From: the human T2T-CHM13v2.0 reference genome, Homo sapiens
Assembly: GCF_009914755.1 (NCBI RefSeq)
Contig: NC_060925.1
Length of the DNA stretch: 64,000 nucleotides
Direction: 5' to 3' (one strand)
A program made the translations under genes and the position numbers. Numbering within the stretch: position 1 is the stretch's first letter; each line of letters starts with the position of its first letter. This document shows, one piece after another, positions 42,706-55,060 of this stretch. A model generated the notes under the pieces. The model worked only from the letters and a program-made list of their open reading frames with translations. It did not search any database and had not been told where the DNA came from.

Positions 42706-44349
42706 TTTTCCATGTGTGGCAGTAAAAAATCATCCTCAAGCAAGACAGTGGGGCAAATTATCTCTTGCCAACCATGATCAGCACTGAGCCCACAGGAGTA
42801 ACCCCAAGTGACTTGACACTTGGTATGAATTTCTGGGTGCAATTTTATGTCTGGCCCTGTGGGCTAGATTATTTAGCTTTAGAATTTAGAAACTATCTTA
42901 CCTTCAGGGAGGCAGGTCATGTATTTAATCACATACATTTTAGTATTATAGTATAATAATAAAAGCAGCTATGCTAAATTTTACAAAGTACATCTTATAA
43001 GCTGGAAGAGAGAGGCCCATCCAGATCTGTCTTTGGAGACTTTCTTAAGTTCTACATACTCAAGATCAATTTTATAATAATATAAATATAATAGGAGAAA
43101 GAGCTCTGCTTGCAACTAAGTAAAATAAAAATTCAGAGATGATAGGAAATTCCATATTTATTCTTGGTCTAGCAGGAGGAATTTTATAGCTTGAGAAGGA
43201 ACTGGGATATTTCTCTAAGACACTGTGTAACCAAATCTCGGGCCCATGATTCACCACTTTCCATACCAAGTACGGTGCCCTGCAAAATGCCATGGGTTGT
43301 TCTGAGTGATTGCCTCGCCGTGGCGTGATAGACATGAGAAACTCAAGACGAGCAATGAAAGTATCATGATTGACACAAATACCAAGTATGTTGGCTTAAG
43401 TATTTTCATGTTTCTTCTGTTAACACAGAAGAGACCAGGTTCTGCTGCTGTATGTTCTTTAGTTTCATTTTAGTGAGACTTTTCCTCTCTGTTTATGAAT
43501 ATAGGATTCTGACAGCTGACAAATGACATTCCAAGAACTTAGCCAGAGCTCAAATTGTGCACTGTTGTGGGAATTTCTCCTCACAGATTTGTCCGACAAC
43601 TCTGCTCTGGAGAAAATGCTCAGGTGATGCATTCCCAGTGGTAGCTCAGTTCCCATCAACTCACCACCGGTGCCCTCATTAAGGTGTTTTTCTTTCTTCA
43701 GGTATTTGTTTTCGGTCCATCTTCACCTCCCACCACAGTGCCTTTAGTGTCCGTGAAGGGGACTGGGTAGCTCTCCCCTGAGACTACCCTGGGTTTATTT
43801 TTAGCACAGGCAGTTTGGAAAAATTACTTTCCCTTGCTGACTGCACCAGGACTGTCTTAACTCTGACACAGAATTCTGGACCTCTCACATTGGATTGAGA
43901 ATGAGTGGGTAATCCATGCCTTCACTTTAGAAATGGAGGAATCACATTACAACGGGGATACAAAATTTACCACGAGTTACCCAGACAACCAATTGAAAGA
44001 GCTTTTCTTTGGTCTGTTGGTCTCAGATTTGTAAGATGTTTAACAGTGTAAAAATTGCAAGTTAGTCTGACTAAATTGGACAGATTGCAGGTAAAAGCCC
44101 CGCTCCCTAAATCCCAATTGATCCCCTGAGCCATCTGTACTCCCTAAAAGTGTTATTATTACTTTCAAGCTACATGCTCAAAAATTATTTCCCTTGGGAA
44201 CACACACCTAACCCAGACAAAAAGATTACTACTTTTTTTTCTACTCATTCAATACACTTTGTCCCAGCTATCTTGTTTGTTTCTTTCTTCCTATGTCTCA
44301 TTCAACATTATATTCACATGCTATGATCTCCCCAGTCCCCTGTCGACTA

Positions 44350-44430
44350 TTAGGTTGAACCACATGAAATTGCCAATATTCAGCTGGTTTTGACCAATAA
44401 AGATGGTGATTTCATATAATTCAAGCAAAC
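44350..44430. mobile_element. MADE2 mariner MITE
   Basis: ttaggttgaaccacatgaaattgcc...ggtgatttcatataattcaa. Confidence 0.8.
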
Positions 44431-44679
44431 CCTATTAGAATGAGGTAGCAAATTGTGAAAATTCTCATGCAGAACAATGCAAGTTATTGACCAAGTCAAC
44501 TACGGCTCCATCATATGGAATCGAGTTGGATGTGTATCCAAGCTCTAATACAATCTATTGTAAAATGCAGGCTAATTAGCTTGTTAAATGAGAATTTAAT
44601 ATTTGGAATATTAAAAGGGAATTTCAACTTCTGATAGGGAAAAAATGTATAACTGATGTGCACTCAGGTATGTTAATAT

Positions 44680-45245
44680 GCCAAGATTCTCTGTGTGCAA
44701 TGGCTGTGGCCACTACTCAGCATATGCAACTTCCTCAGGTCTTTGAAAACCAACTCTTTACATACTTTCTCTCCTCCACCACCCCCAACTTCCCCACTCT
44801 CTTTCTCTGTCTCTAGTCTCTCATGGTCAGACTTCTGAAAAGAGCAGGCTACACTCACTTTTCTACATTCTCTTTCTTATTCATCCTGTAGCTCACTGTA
44901 ATCTGGTTTCTGTTCCCAACACTCCACTAAAACAGTTTCTGCCAAGGTCACTAATGAACTTTGATTGACAAATTCAATAGAAATGCTTCTGTCTTTATCT
45001 TTCTTAACTTCCTTGTTGCATTTAACAGATGTGCCAAGATTTGCTTCTTAGTATTTCATCTCTTTCTCTGTCTTGCATGATCTCCCTTTATTTTGATTTA
45101 CAGATATTTTCCTCAAACCAGATTTTCAGCCTTTTGAGGTCATAGGATTTGTGTCTTATTTAGCTGTGTATCCCAGGGCCTAGTTTAGTATAGCCTCTGC
45201 AAGGTGCTTATCTATATTTGTCGAATGAATGAGAAACAATGAATT
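44680..45245 (+). mobile_element. L2
   Basis: actccactaaaacagtttctgccaaggtcactaatga; 3' end atttgtcgaatgaatga. Confidence 0.75.
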
Positions 45246-45539
45246 AGTGAAATGACAGCACTTTGTTGATTATTAGTCATTGCAAATATTTAGTTTCTCT
45301 TTGGTTTAATCCCTATTTCTAGCAACTTCTCTACCTGACTTTCTGCCATACATATTTTTAATAATGTATAGCTGGCAGGGTGCCACAATCTTCATGTTTT
45401 CATCTCAGAAATCCTACTTGATAGTTGGAGACAAGGTAGGTAAGACTGAAATCCCTACTGGTTCCTTTTCACATGGCTTCCTCTAATTATGAGCACTTAT
45501 AATACGCTGGGCCAACACTCATGAATTTTAGTAACTCCT

Positions 45540-46450
45540 AACTCCTAGGAAAAAAGATCTCTGTGTCTCTTTTTCTCTTTTCCTCCCCAAAACGTGTCAC
45601 TTTGAGGTCCAATAAAGTGTATAAAGAAAAAGGCCACTTGTTGCTTGCTTGACATACGACCTGAAAAACGGGGGATAAAATCTAACACAAGACTCAAGGA
45701 GAACAAAAGAAACACGCCAATAGAAAATATGATACACACACACACAGTTTATGCAAGTTTAATTTCTGTTGTTTTGGTTGGAAAACAGCTGCAGGTGTCC
45801 TCTAATTATAACCCCATTTTCACAAATATCAACTGTCATATTTAATCTGCTGTATTCACCATATAGCCTACTGTTGCAGCACATTTCTTTCATTACAAAT
45901 TTAGTAGCAGAGTTTCAAATGCTCAAACTAACATTCAGGCTAGTCAATTAATGCATTATTTACAAGTTAAATGTTATTAAAAACAGGTTCTTAATTTGCT
46001 AATGATTTACTAGACCCAAGGCAATATTCCATTGTTTTTGTTGTGGTGGTTGTGGTTGAAAATGGAAGAACATTGATAACAGTTGGGATGGGAGGGATGT
46101 CCGGGATACTTTGGCCTTTCTCACCAATTTCTGAATCTCTTTTCTGCGTTCTCCTTCTTGCGTGCTGTGTTTGATGCCTATATTAACCAGTTGAAGCATG
46201 GTTGAGAAGAAAGACTTATGAAAAACAAGACCAGCATAAATACTATTGTGAGGAGTGTTTTAAAAAATCACCAGGCAGTTTGGAAAGACTAAATACACAT
46301 GTTCCCCATACAGTTCAGCATATTTTGATTTACAGTCCCATTCCAGCAGCACAACAGGTTAAGAAGGTTAGAAGTCAAGGAAATTAAATGTTATTGGCAT
46401 TCCACTGTTGTCAGACTACACACACTGAATATATGTCTTTTCAAATACAC
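45540..46450. promoter_or_regulatory. Candidate conserved non-coding element / developmental enhancer
   Basis: Repeat-free and dense in homeodomain, PBX-HOX, MEIS and E-box motifs, with retained CpGs. Conservation is inferred, not measured. Confidence 0.4.
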
Positions 46451-46844
46451 TTTGAAAGAGTTTAGAGTTCCTAAGGTTCTAGGGCCTCAGAATCATCCCA
46501 ACAATCTGGATTTTGTTCTTTGTTTTAGTTTTCTTCCTCTTTTTTGTTTAACCTAGATCATGTTCTAAATCCATACCTTTCATGTTCCATAATGGCACAC
46601 TACTTATTTATGAAAGATAATATGGGGGGGGGGGTTGAGCTTTTTGATGAAAAATAATTCAGGTTCCATGAAGCCAGTTACCTCATCTTTATGCTTTTCT
46701 CTTCAGCTGTTTCCTTGGCCTAGAGGAATCCATTTTCTCCTTCCCGCTTTTCTCTTAAAATTTTTTAAAAACCTAACCTTCTTAATAAAATCTTGTTAAA
46801 TTTAAGTGTAGCTCACAAGAGTCATTCACTTCTATGAATTCTAT

Positions 46845-47083
46845 TTATTTAATTTTTTGTTTATTTATATTATTATATCATATAAATTTAAGGAATACAA
46901 CATGACATTTTGATATATATACATATAGTGAAATGATTACTAAGGTCAAGCAAGTTAACATATTCACCATCTCACATAGTTACCTTTCTTTTTTTACAGT
47001 ACAAGTACCTAAAATCTACCGTCTTAGCAAATTTCCAGTATACAATATAGTATTATTAACTATGGCCCTCATGTTGCACATTG
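46845..47083 (-). mobile_element. Short L1MA/L1MB 3' end
   Basis: catctcacatagttacc...cttaaaatctac-like motif. Degenerate TSD cttct(a/c)tgaattc. Confidence 0.8.
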
Positions 47084-47619
47084 CCTTCTCTGAATTCCTA
47101 TAACTCTTCACAAGAAAGTGTTATGTAGTCACTCACTTAAATTTATATTGCCCTGTATTTTCCTCACATGTAATTGTTTCTCTATAGGACAAGCTGTAGA
47201 GTCAGAAAGATCTGCTATGAATTGATGGTGTTACCTAGGCCAAGCTATTTCTTTTCCCCAAGTCTCAACTTTTCTCATCTCTTAAATGGAAATAAAAACT
47301 TGTATTGACTAGTTGTAAGAACTGGTGAGAACATGCGTGTGAAGAACCTGGTTAAATGGTAGCAGCCTGATATATGGCAGGTCCTGTTGCCATAACGAAA
47401 TAAGATGATATATATAAGTTGCCAGGTACAGGGCCTGGCCCATGTTTGGCACTCAATAAAATTTAATTCCCTTTGATACAATGAATACATCACAAGCATT
47501 TCTTGTTTTCATTTTTACTCAGAGTAAAGTTTTCTCAAGGGCAAGGACTAATTTTTTTTTTCAAACTTTTCAGTTTGTGTGAATTAATGTTCCATCCTCT
47601 GTATTTTGGGAGGTATTCT

Positions 47620-47822
47620 GCATATCTCTCAGGAAATCCAGATGGAACTGAGTGCCTGCTGCCCACATCAGCAACCCAGGTAAGGCACTTTTTTGTTGGG
47701 TCTTCTTTGTTTCTCTTCTTACTCTCCCTATTCTCTCCAATCCTGGGATCACCTTCCAAATAGACTACAGGTATCCAAACCCTTGTCTCAAGCTCTACTA
47801 TTGGAGGAACCCAAACTAAGTA
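47620..47822 (+). mobile_element. ERVL LTR16-like fragment
   Basis: cctgggatcaccttccaaatagactac...aacccaaactaag. Confidence 0.6.
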
Positions 47823-47939
47823 AGGAAAAGATTCAAATGACAGAGAAAGACAATAGTGTGCAAAATAGCAGAAGAACTTTCAGAGCTGTCCAAGGCAGCT
47901 AAGACAGGAAAATGTCAATGGAATAGGACAAGAATAGAA

Positions 47940-48250
47940 TTCATTCATTCACTTATAAAAAAAAGGTACTTACTGAGCACCTAGTATGTACTGAACATTC
48001 TTAGGCCTTACGGATATGGTAGTGATCAAAACTGGCAAGGCATTTATATTGTAGTGAGGGAACATGCAATGAACAAGCAAATCAACATGCAAAATCATAT
48101 CAGGGAGTGAGAAGAGCTTTGACAGCAAATGGCATAGTAAGAGACTGTGTGCAGGAAAGGTAGCTATTTAAGACAGTGTAATCTATTTAGAGTGAATAAA
48201 GGCCTATCTGGGAGGGTGATACTGGAACAGAAACCTGGTCAACATGAGAA
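47940..48250 (-). mobile_element. L2
   Basis: ttcattcattcac...ttactgagcacctagtatg. Confidence 0.7.
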
Positions 48251-48588
48251 TGACCCACCTTTTGTCCACTGCCTACCTTCTCCTGAAGTGCAAGCAGAAA
48301 AAATCATGTGTGCTAGCCTGGGTATGGATAATAAGACAGGATCAAAATGCTGCTAGTTAGAAAAATGGGATGCACATATTTCTCAGTGTCCATTTTTCCA
48401 GGCTGAGTGCTGGGCTACTCCAAAATGGACCTTAGGACCAGACATATGCCTACAGCTCTTGGTAAGGCCTTTCTGTAGGAATACCTGGGGGGATTTCATC
48501 ATTTTATCCTTCATTAAAAAAAAAACTTTTCTCCTGTCTTTCTTGTTCACGGCATCTTTTTCTTCAGTTTCTCAGATGAAAAGAATGC

Positions 48589-48626
48589 CTTTATTTATAT
48601 AAGACTTTATTTATATAAGACTTTAT
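48589..48626. repeat. 16-bp tandem duplication at the start of a MIR
   Basis: ctttatttatataaga x2 plus ctttat. Confidence 0.85.
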
Positions 48627-49729
48627 CCCATTTGATTCCCACACAACTTTGTCCATTAAGTATTTTTATTCTTTTTTATAGATGAGGAAACTGGGACTTG
48701 GGGGCTTTGCTTGAGAGAGCTGGGACACAAACTGAGTCTCTTGGCTTCAAGTCCATGATTCATTTCAATGCTGAGTCCACTGGCCCCTTAACCAATCTTC
48801 ATCCTTTCCCTGCCACCCCCATTGATGGCAACAGGATTTTATAAGCTGATGATCTTCACCTACAGGATCCCATTCCTCTGATATTTCATCAGTGGGCACA
48901 GGATCAGATCTCAGTAAAACTAGAAGATTAGAACTGGAAAGTCTGAGGATAATTCTATCATGAGATCTTATGTATTTAATGTTCTAACTTAGTCCAAGTG
49001 CTGTACTTGATAGTATTTTCTCAGTGCCACGTTAAGATAACAAGGATTTTCTTAAATGTAATATTGAACTTTAAGTATGTACTAAAGTGGCTGATTCTTA
49101 ATGCTCCTCCTTTTGAGAAAACTTAAGGTAAAATTGAACATAATTGCTCCTGATCCATTTCACTCCACCTAGTGGGCCTTTTGTTCGTTTGCTTTTCTTC
49201 CAGGACATCCCACTTGATTCTGAGTCTGTAAGACTCCTTCCCTCAGTGATGGATCCTCACTTCTGGGGGAAATCATAGACAATTTCTTCTGTAGGGCTAA
49301 CTCTACTATACAGTTTATGATGTCAGGGTGAATACTTCCTTTGGGTTGCTGTCAGAAACTGTAGATTTTTAAAAATTTAAATTTCATTATTCTATGTCAG
49401 TATTCCAAAGTATATACAGAAAGCTATTGCACTGTTAAGGAGATGGCACTTAACATTTTGGAAATTCAAGGTGATGAAGGTCCATATAAGACTATCTCTC
49501 CTGGTATAAATGTTGACAATGCAGAACATTTTTAAAGGTTCTTTTTGATATACAAAGTGCACCAATGAGTACTTTTTAATTCTTACAATAATTCTGGGCG
49601 AGGTAGGTATTTTTCCAATTCCCATTTTATGCTTCAGTAGCCCTTTGTACTTCTCCTTCAAAACACTTTGCTCACTTGTAATTATTTAATAAATTAGTTG
49701 TAATTATTTGTTTAATGTGCAGGAGTTAC

Positions 49730-49973
49730 AAAAGGCGAGCTTTAGAACAAGACAGACCTGGTTATGATTCCTGGCTCTGAAAGCTGTATACCCTGTAACC
49801 CTAGACAGGTGTTTTCATGCCTCGCTGCCTCTGTTTCTTCCTCTGTAAAATGTGAACGATAACAGTATTGGCCTCATGCTTTTTTCTGAGTTTTAAAAGT
49901 AATAATGTGGACAAAGATCAGTGCAGTGCCTGGCATGCTGAACCCATTCCATGACTGTTAGATGTAGTTGTTA
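49730..49973 (+). mobile_element. MIR
   Basis: gcctctgtttcttcctctgtaaaatg...cagtgcctggcat. Confidence 0.75.
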
Positions 49974-49978
49974 TGATT

Positions 49979-50387
49979 TGTATTAATCCATTTTTACACT
50001 GCTATAAGGAACTACCTGAGACTGGGTAATTTATAAAGAAAAGGGATTTAATTGACTCACAGTTCCGCATGGCTGGGGAGGCCTCAGGAAACTTACAATC
50101 ATGGCAGAAGGGGAAGCAAGGCACTTCTTACATGGCGGCAGGAGAGAAAGAGAGAGAGTGAATGGGGAAGTGCCACACACTTCCAAACAACCATATCTTG
50201 TGATTAATTAAAAAGTACTCATTGGTGTGCCTTGTATATAAAAAAATATGCACTCACTATCACGAGAACAGCAAGGAGGGAGTCCGCCCCCAACATTCAA
50301 TCACCTCCCACTAGACCCCTCCCCTGACACATAGGGATTACAATTCAAGATGAGATTTGGGTGGGGACACAGAGTCAAACCATATCA
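49979..50387 (-). mobile_element. THE1D/MSTA solo LTR carrying a non-consensus ~47-nt insertion
   Basis: tgtattaatcc...aaaccatatca with perfect TSD tgatt (49974-49978 / 50388-50392). Confidence 0.92.
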
Positions 50388-50499
50388 TGATTGTTCTATA
50401 ATAAAGAGATGGCCACATGTGTTTCATCAGGGACAGTGCTAATTAACCAGTTGTCCTGCCATAATTATTAATAGTATTCCAATTGCTTTCAAAAGTATC

Positions 50500-50910
50500 C
50501 TAGTTTGCAAAAAGTATAGAAATGGAGGACAGATTAGTGGTTGCCCAAGATTGGAAAAGGGTAAGGGTAAAGGGTGCAGAGGTGGATGTGGTTTTAAAAG
50601 GCAACATGAGAGATCCTTGTAGTGAAGGAACTGTTTAATATCTCCACTGTGGTGGTGGATACCTGAACCTAAACATGAGAAAAATTGCATAAAACCAAAC
50701 ACACACACAAATGAGTACAAGTTAAGTTTGGAAAATCCAAATAAGATTTGTACATTGTATCAATAGGTATATCTTGATTATGATATTGTACTATTGTTTT
50801 GCAAGATGGTACTATTCAAGGAAACTGGGTAGAGGATACATGAGATTTCTCTGTATTATTTCTTATAACTCCATGTGAATCTGCAAGGATCTCAGGATTA
50901 AGAAAGATAG
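50500..50910 (+). mobile_element. L1MC/L1MD 3' UTR fragment
   Basis: atggaggacagattagtggttgcc...ggaaactgggtagaggatacatgaga. Confidence 0.8.
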
Positions 50911-51257
50911 CCTAGTTTGGAAGATAAACATTATATCCCAGTAGTAATGTCCATTGTCCCACCAGGACCTAACTACCTTCTATAAAAAGAAGTGCTGTTG
51001 TTCCCCTCAAGTTCCTTTATTTGGTTTTATTCTTCTTCGCAGTACCTACCTCCACTTGGCAGATTAGATTTATTTTTTCATCTTTCAACAGCTATTTGCT
51101 GAATACCTACTAGATGCCAGGCTTGAGATCTAGCAATGAACAAGAGCTCTGTGAAACTTACATTCCAGTAGGAGAAATAAATAATAAACCAAAAATATAA
51201 TCGATAAATTATTTAATATGCTGGGAAGCAATATGTATAATGGAACAAAGATGTAGA

Positions 51258-51755
51258 GTGATGGATTAGGGTTCTCCAGAGAAGCAGAACCAACAATTGA
51301 CTCATGTGATTATGGAGGCTAAGAAGTCTCAAGATCACAGTTAGCAAGTTGGAGATGTAGGAGAGCCCCTGGTATGCTTCTGATTTGAGTCCAAAGGCCT
51401 GAGAACCAGGAGAGATGATAGTGTGGTTACAGTTCAAAAGCTGGCAGTCTTGAGGCCCAAGAAGAGCCAGTGTTGCAGTTCAATTCCAAAGGCAGGGAAA
51501 GGCCGATATCTCAGCTGAAGCAATCAGGCAGAAGGAGCTCTCTGTTACTCATGGGCAGGTCAGACTTTTGGTTCTATTCAGGCCTTTAAGTGATTGATTG
51601 AGGATCATCTACTGGGGAAAGAAATAAGCTTTATTCAGTGTACTGATTCAAATGTTAATCTCATCCAAAACCATGCTCACACACACCCAGCATAATGTTT
51701 GACCAAGTATCTGGGCACCTTGTGGTTCAGTCAAATTAACACATATTAACTATCT
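51258..51755 (-). mobile_element. MLT2 (ERVL) solo LTR
   Basis: attagggttctccagagaagcagaacc...aaatgttaatctcatcca...gtcaaattaacacat. Confidence 0.85.
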
Positions 51756-51879
51756 TAGCAAGATGAAAAGCAATGAATGCAGCATGGTGGTTGAAATTTT
51801 AAATAGGGTGGTCATATAGTGTCATTGAAAAAGGAATATTTGAGTGAAGACTTGAAGGGGTGGGAGAATAGGCCATTTA

Positions 51880-52260
51880 TTTGCTTATTGACTGTCTCAC
51901 TCCATCAGAACGAAAGCTTCATGAAGCCAGAGACTTAATTTTTACCTGTTATATCCCTAGTGCCTGGTGCAGGGTAGGTGCTCAAAAATATTTGTTGGGT
52001 GAATGGGTAATGATTGAGGATGGGGATTGGTTTGTGTCTGGTTATATCTCTTGTCCTTGGCACAGTACCTGGCACATCCTAAGCCATCAAAAAGTGTTGG
52101 TTATATGATTGTCTTTGAATTCTGATTGTTTATAATATACAATAAACTTCACTGAGGACACCGACTCACTTGCTTTGTTTGATATTGTGGCCCCAGCACC
52201 GCAGCACTTAGAACAGTGCCTAGAAAATACATAATAGTTAGTCAATAATTGTTATTGACC
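51880..52260 (+). mobile_element. Repeated L2 3' ends
   Basis: agtgcctggtgcagggtaggtgctcaaaaatatttgttg and similar tails. Confidence 0.7.
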
Positions 52261-52599
52261 AAACGGGCACAGATAAGGAGACTGAGGCTCGGAAATGTTA
52301 AATGAGTTGAAAATGGTCTCACAGCCAGGAATAAACAAAGCATGGGGCTTAACTTTGTCTTTTTAATTCTCAAATTACAATATTTCATCTATATCAAACT
52401 GCTTTAAAAATTGTCCTGGGGTCTCTTGTTTGGCCATGGCCTTTCTTTCACCTACACCACCTCTCTTCTTTGTCCACTCCAGGCTGTGTTGTGTGGCCAT
52501 GTCTCCCTGAGTGACAAGCAGGCTGGTTATGTGGAGTTGTCAGCACACAGGCCTCCCAGAGGACGGCCTTCTCCTCCAGGTGCCACAGTGTCAGGGGAC

Positions 52600-55060
52600 A
52601 CTCTCTCACATTAGGACAAGCAGAAGGTAATGCAACCTTTTGGCGACCATCGACTTTGTCAGACAATAGTGCCGTTCAGTTTGAAAGACTCCACCGGGAA
52701 GTTGCAGACTTTTAAAACTAATTTGGTGTTTATTCAACTTTGCAATCACTTCTATGTACTATCTGTGTTTCACACACCGTGAAACGGCGCTACACTGTGC
52801 AATTGAATTAGTTGTACAGTGACTCAAAGGCATTAAACAATGACTTTGATATTTTAAGTACTGACTAGGAGGGATTTTTAATTCCTTCCTCATAATGAAA
52901 GCAGCAAAAAAACCCAGTTACACAACCCTGGAACACTTATTCTCTTTTCTATTCTGGGTGGACCCCACTGAGACAGAAAAAAACCTCCAAGCATTTAGTT
53001 TGCTTAATGGCAGAAGAAAAATTAAACAAGCATAGACGTGCAACCTTAATGACACCGAGCAACACTAGAATAACAGTTCCCAGCTTCTAAAACCTGTTAT
53101 TTAATATAATGGGTAAATCTTGTGGGAGCTTTTCAGGTGCTGCTGAGTCTGAAAAAACAGCTACTTTGTGAGGAGGGGTGGGGGAAGAGGCAGGGAGAGT
53201 GTCTTGCTTGTGCTCACTTGCCTAGGAGGGTCTCAGTGCAGAAGCCAAGCCAGAGGGGTGCAGGCGAAATACAGCACTGGCAGGAGAGTCCCTGAAGGCT
53301 GTGACCCTTCTGCGGACAACAGCATCACTATGCTAGGCACAAATGTGTCAGTTCTGCCAGAAACAATAAGGGACTTTTCATACAGTGCCCTTCTGGAGAT
53401 GGTACTGACAGAAAGGAAGAAGGTGGGGGGGCGGTGGGGGGGAACAACGCTACAAAAAACGAAAACCATAGCAAGTGAATTAGCACCATGAAACTATGAG
53501 CATTAACTGGTAATAGTTCAGGGCAAAGCACCTAAGTGATGATTCACATCTGACAATAAAAACATGAATAGCTGTTGAAAGCTTGTTTGATTTTCACAAA
53601 GAGGTTTAAACAAACATTTGTTTGTTCATTAGTCTTAAGCAAGACTTTTACGGCAGGGGATGCATTAAACCTAACATATGTCTGCGACCAAGATACTTGG
53701 TTGTTTTAAAGATGAAGACACAAAGCCGTGCATATAGTTTATGCAGAGCGGCCTTGAACTACCTGTAATGGAGTGAGATACAGTTATTATGTATTAATGC
53801 TGTGAATCTTCATCCAGAGAGAGAAAACAAACAGGGAAAGAATGCAGCATCTTTGAAGATAAAGACTTAGAGGGCCCCATTCTGCAATTGGTATTGAGTT
53901 TGCATAAACTCATTTTGTTGTTGTTGTTGTTGCATAATTTTTAAAAACGCAACTGGTTTAAATCTGTTCCCTGAGGTAATTTATGCTAAAGCAGCATTCT
54001 AACACCATAGATTCCCTGCTTATGGCAATCTCTGCTTGGGTGTCAGGTCGGTGTAGGTTACTGAGCAAATGGCCGCTTCAAAATTTTTAGGGTAATTGCC
54101 TCTATAACTCGTTTAGCATAGGCCCTGTCAGGAAATCTCTAATTGTAATTGACGCCTCTGCTTCCTTTTCTCCTCCTTCTTTTTAACCACATTGTTGTAT
54201 CAAAAGCTTCACTCTCCAGTGCAGAAGAGCACGGGGCTTTTCATCTTCTGTAGCACTTGGATTTTGTCCTTATTAAAGCCTTCCCTCATGAAAACGTGAT
54301 GTCACCCCTGACGGGGTCCAGAAGGTGGTGGTTGGTTGGGTGTACCTCTGCCCCAGCCCAATCTCTATCCTTGCATAGGAAACCTTCAGTCCAGAGAAGG
54401 CAGATCTTGATGGGGTTGGGATAAAATGAAGAGCAAATTACCACTACTCCAATTCTCCTAAGTTTTGTATGAATGCTGGGTTGGCTGCTGATTTCTACCA
54501 GAATGGTGTGAGCAAGGTCAACAGCATACTTCTCTCTCTTCTCTCAGCTCATGTGTATGGGCATGATGCCTTGGTAGGAAGGGTATCATTGGGATTGTGT
54601 ATTACAATATTCATGGCCAGGAGCTTCTGTTGATTTGTGTCTACATATGGGGATTTTTCATCAAATTGCATAAAGTATGTTAAATAATCAACTCCAAAAT
54701 CCAATTCATTAATTATCTTGCTTAAAATATACTTCAAATATATCACATTTGACATCTTATGTCATTGATAGTAGAAGGAAATGATAACACTTAAAATCAA
54801 TAAGTGTTTTTAATTTATTTTACTTATTATGGTTGTCATAATATTTTGACATGGAGGGCTGACATGTCAACCACACTGTTATCAGGAGGTAAGGCAATGG
54901 CATTAAACTGTCTCACCATCCGTGCTACTGTTTCAGCATAAAGTGGGCCCAGGGGGAAAATATAGCTAAAATCTCCAAGGAAGTATCTGCTTATGAAGTC
55001 AATACAGGTCATCACTGAATAAAGCAGCCTGAGCTCAAAACAAAAGCTGAGGGAAAGAAG
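52600..55060. promoter_or_regulatory. Candidate enhancer cluster
   Basis: About 2.5 kb without recognisable repeats, with TCF, SOX, AP-1, FOX and MEIS motifs and retained CpGs. Confidence 0.4.

Noticed and set aside
32060-43710. Recursive-splicing AG|GT sites at 32074, 35671 and 43701
   Set aside because: The reconstituted donors (gtattt, gtgtga) are weak, and there is no evidence for a host intron or its strand.
49200-52100. Impression that this segment exists as paralogous copies elsewhere in the human genome
   Set aside because: This is an unverified recollection; nothing inside the window supports it. A BLAT search would settle it.
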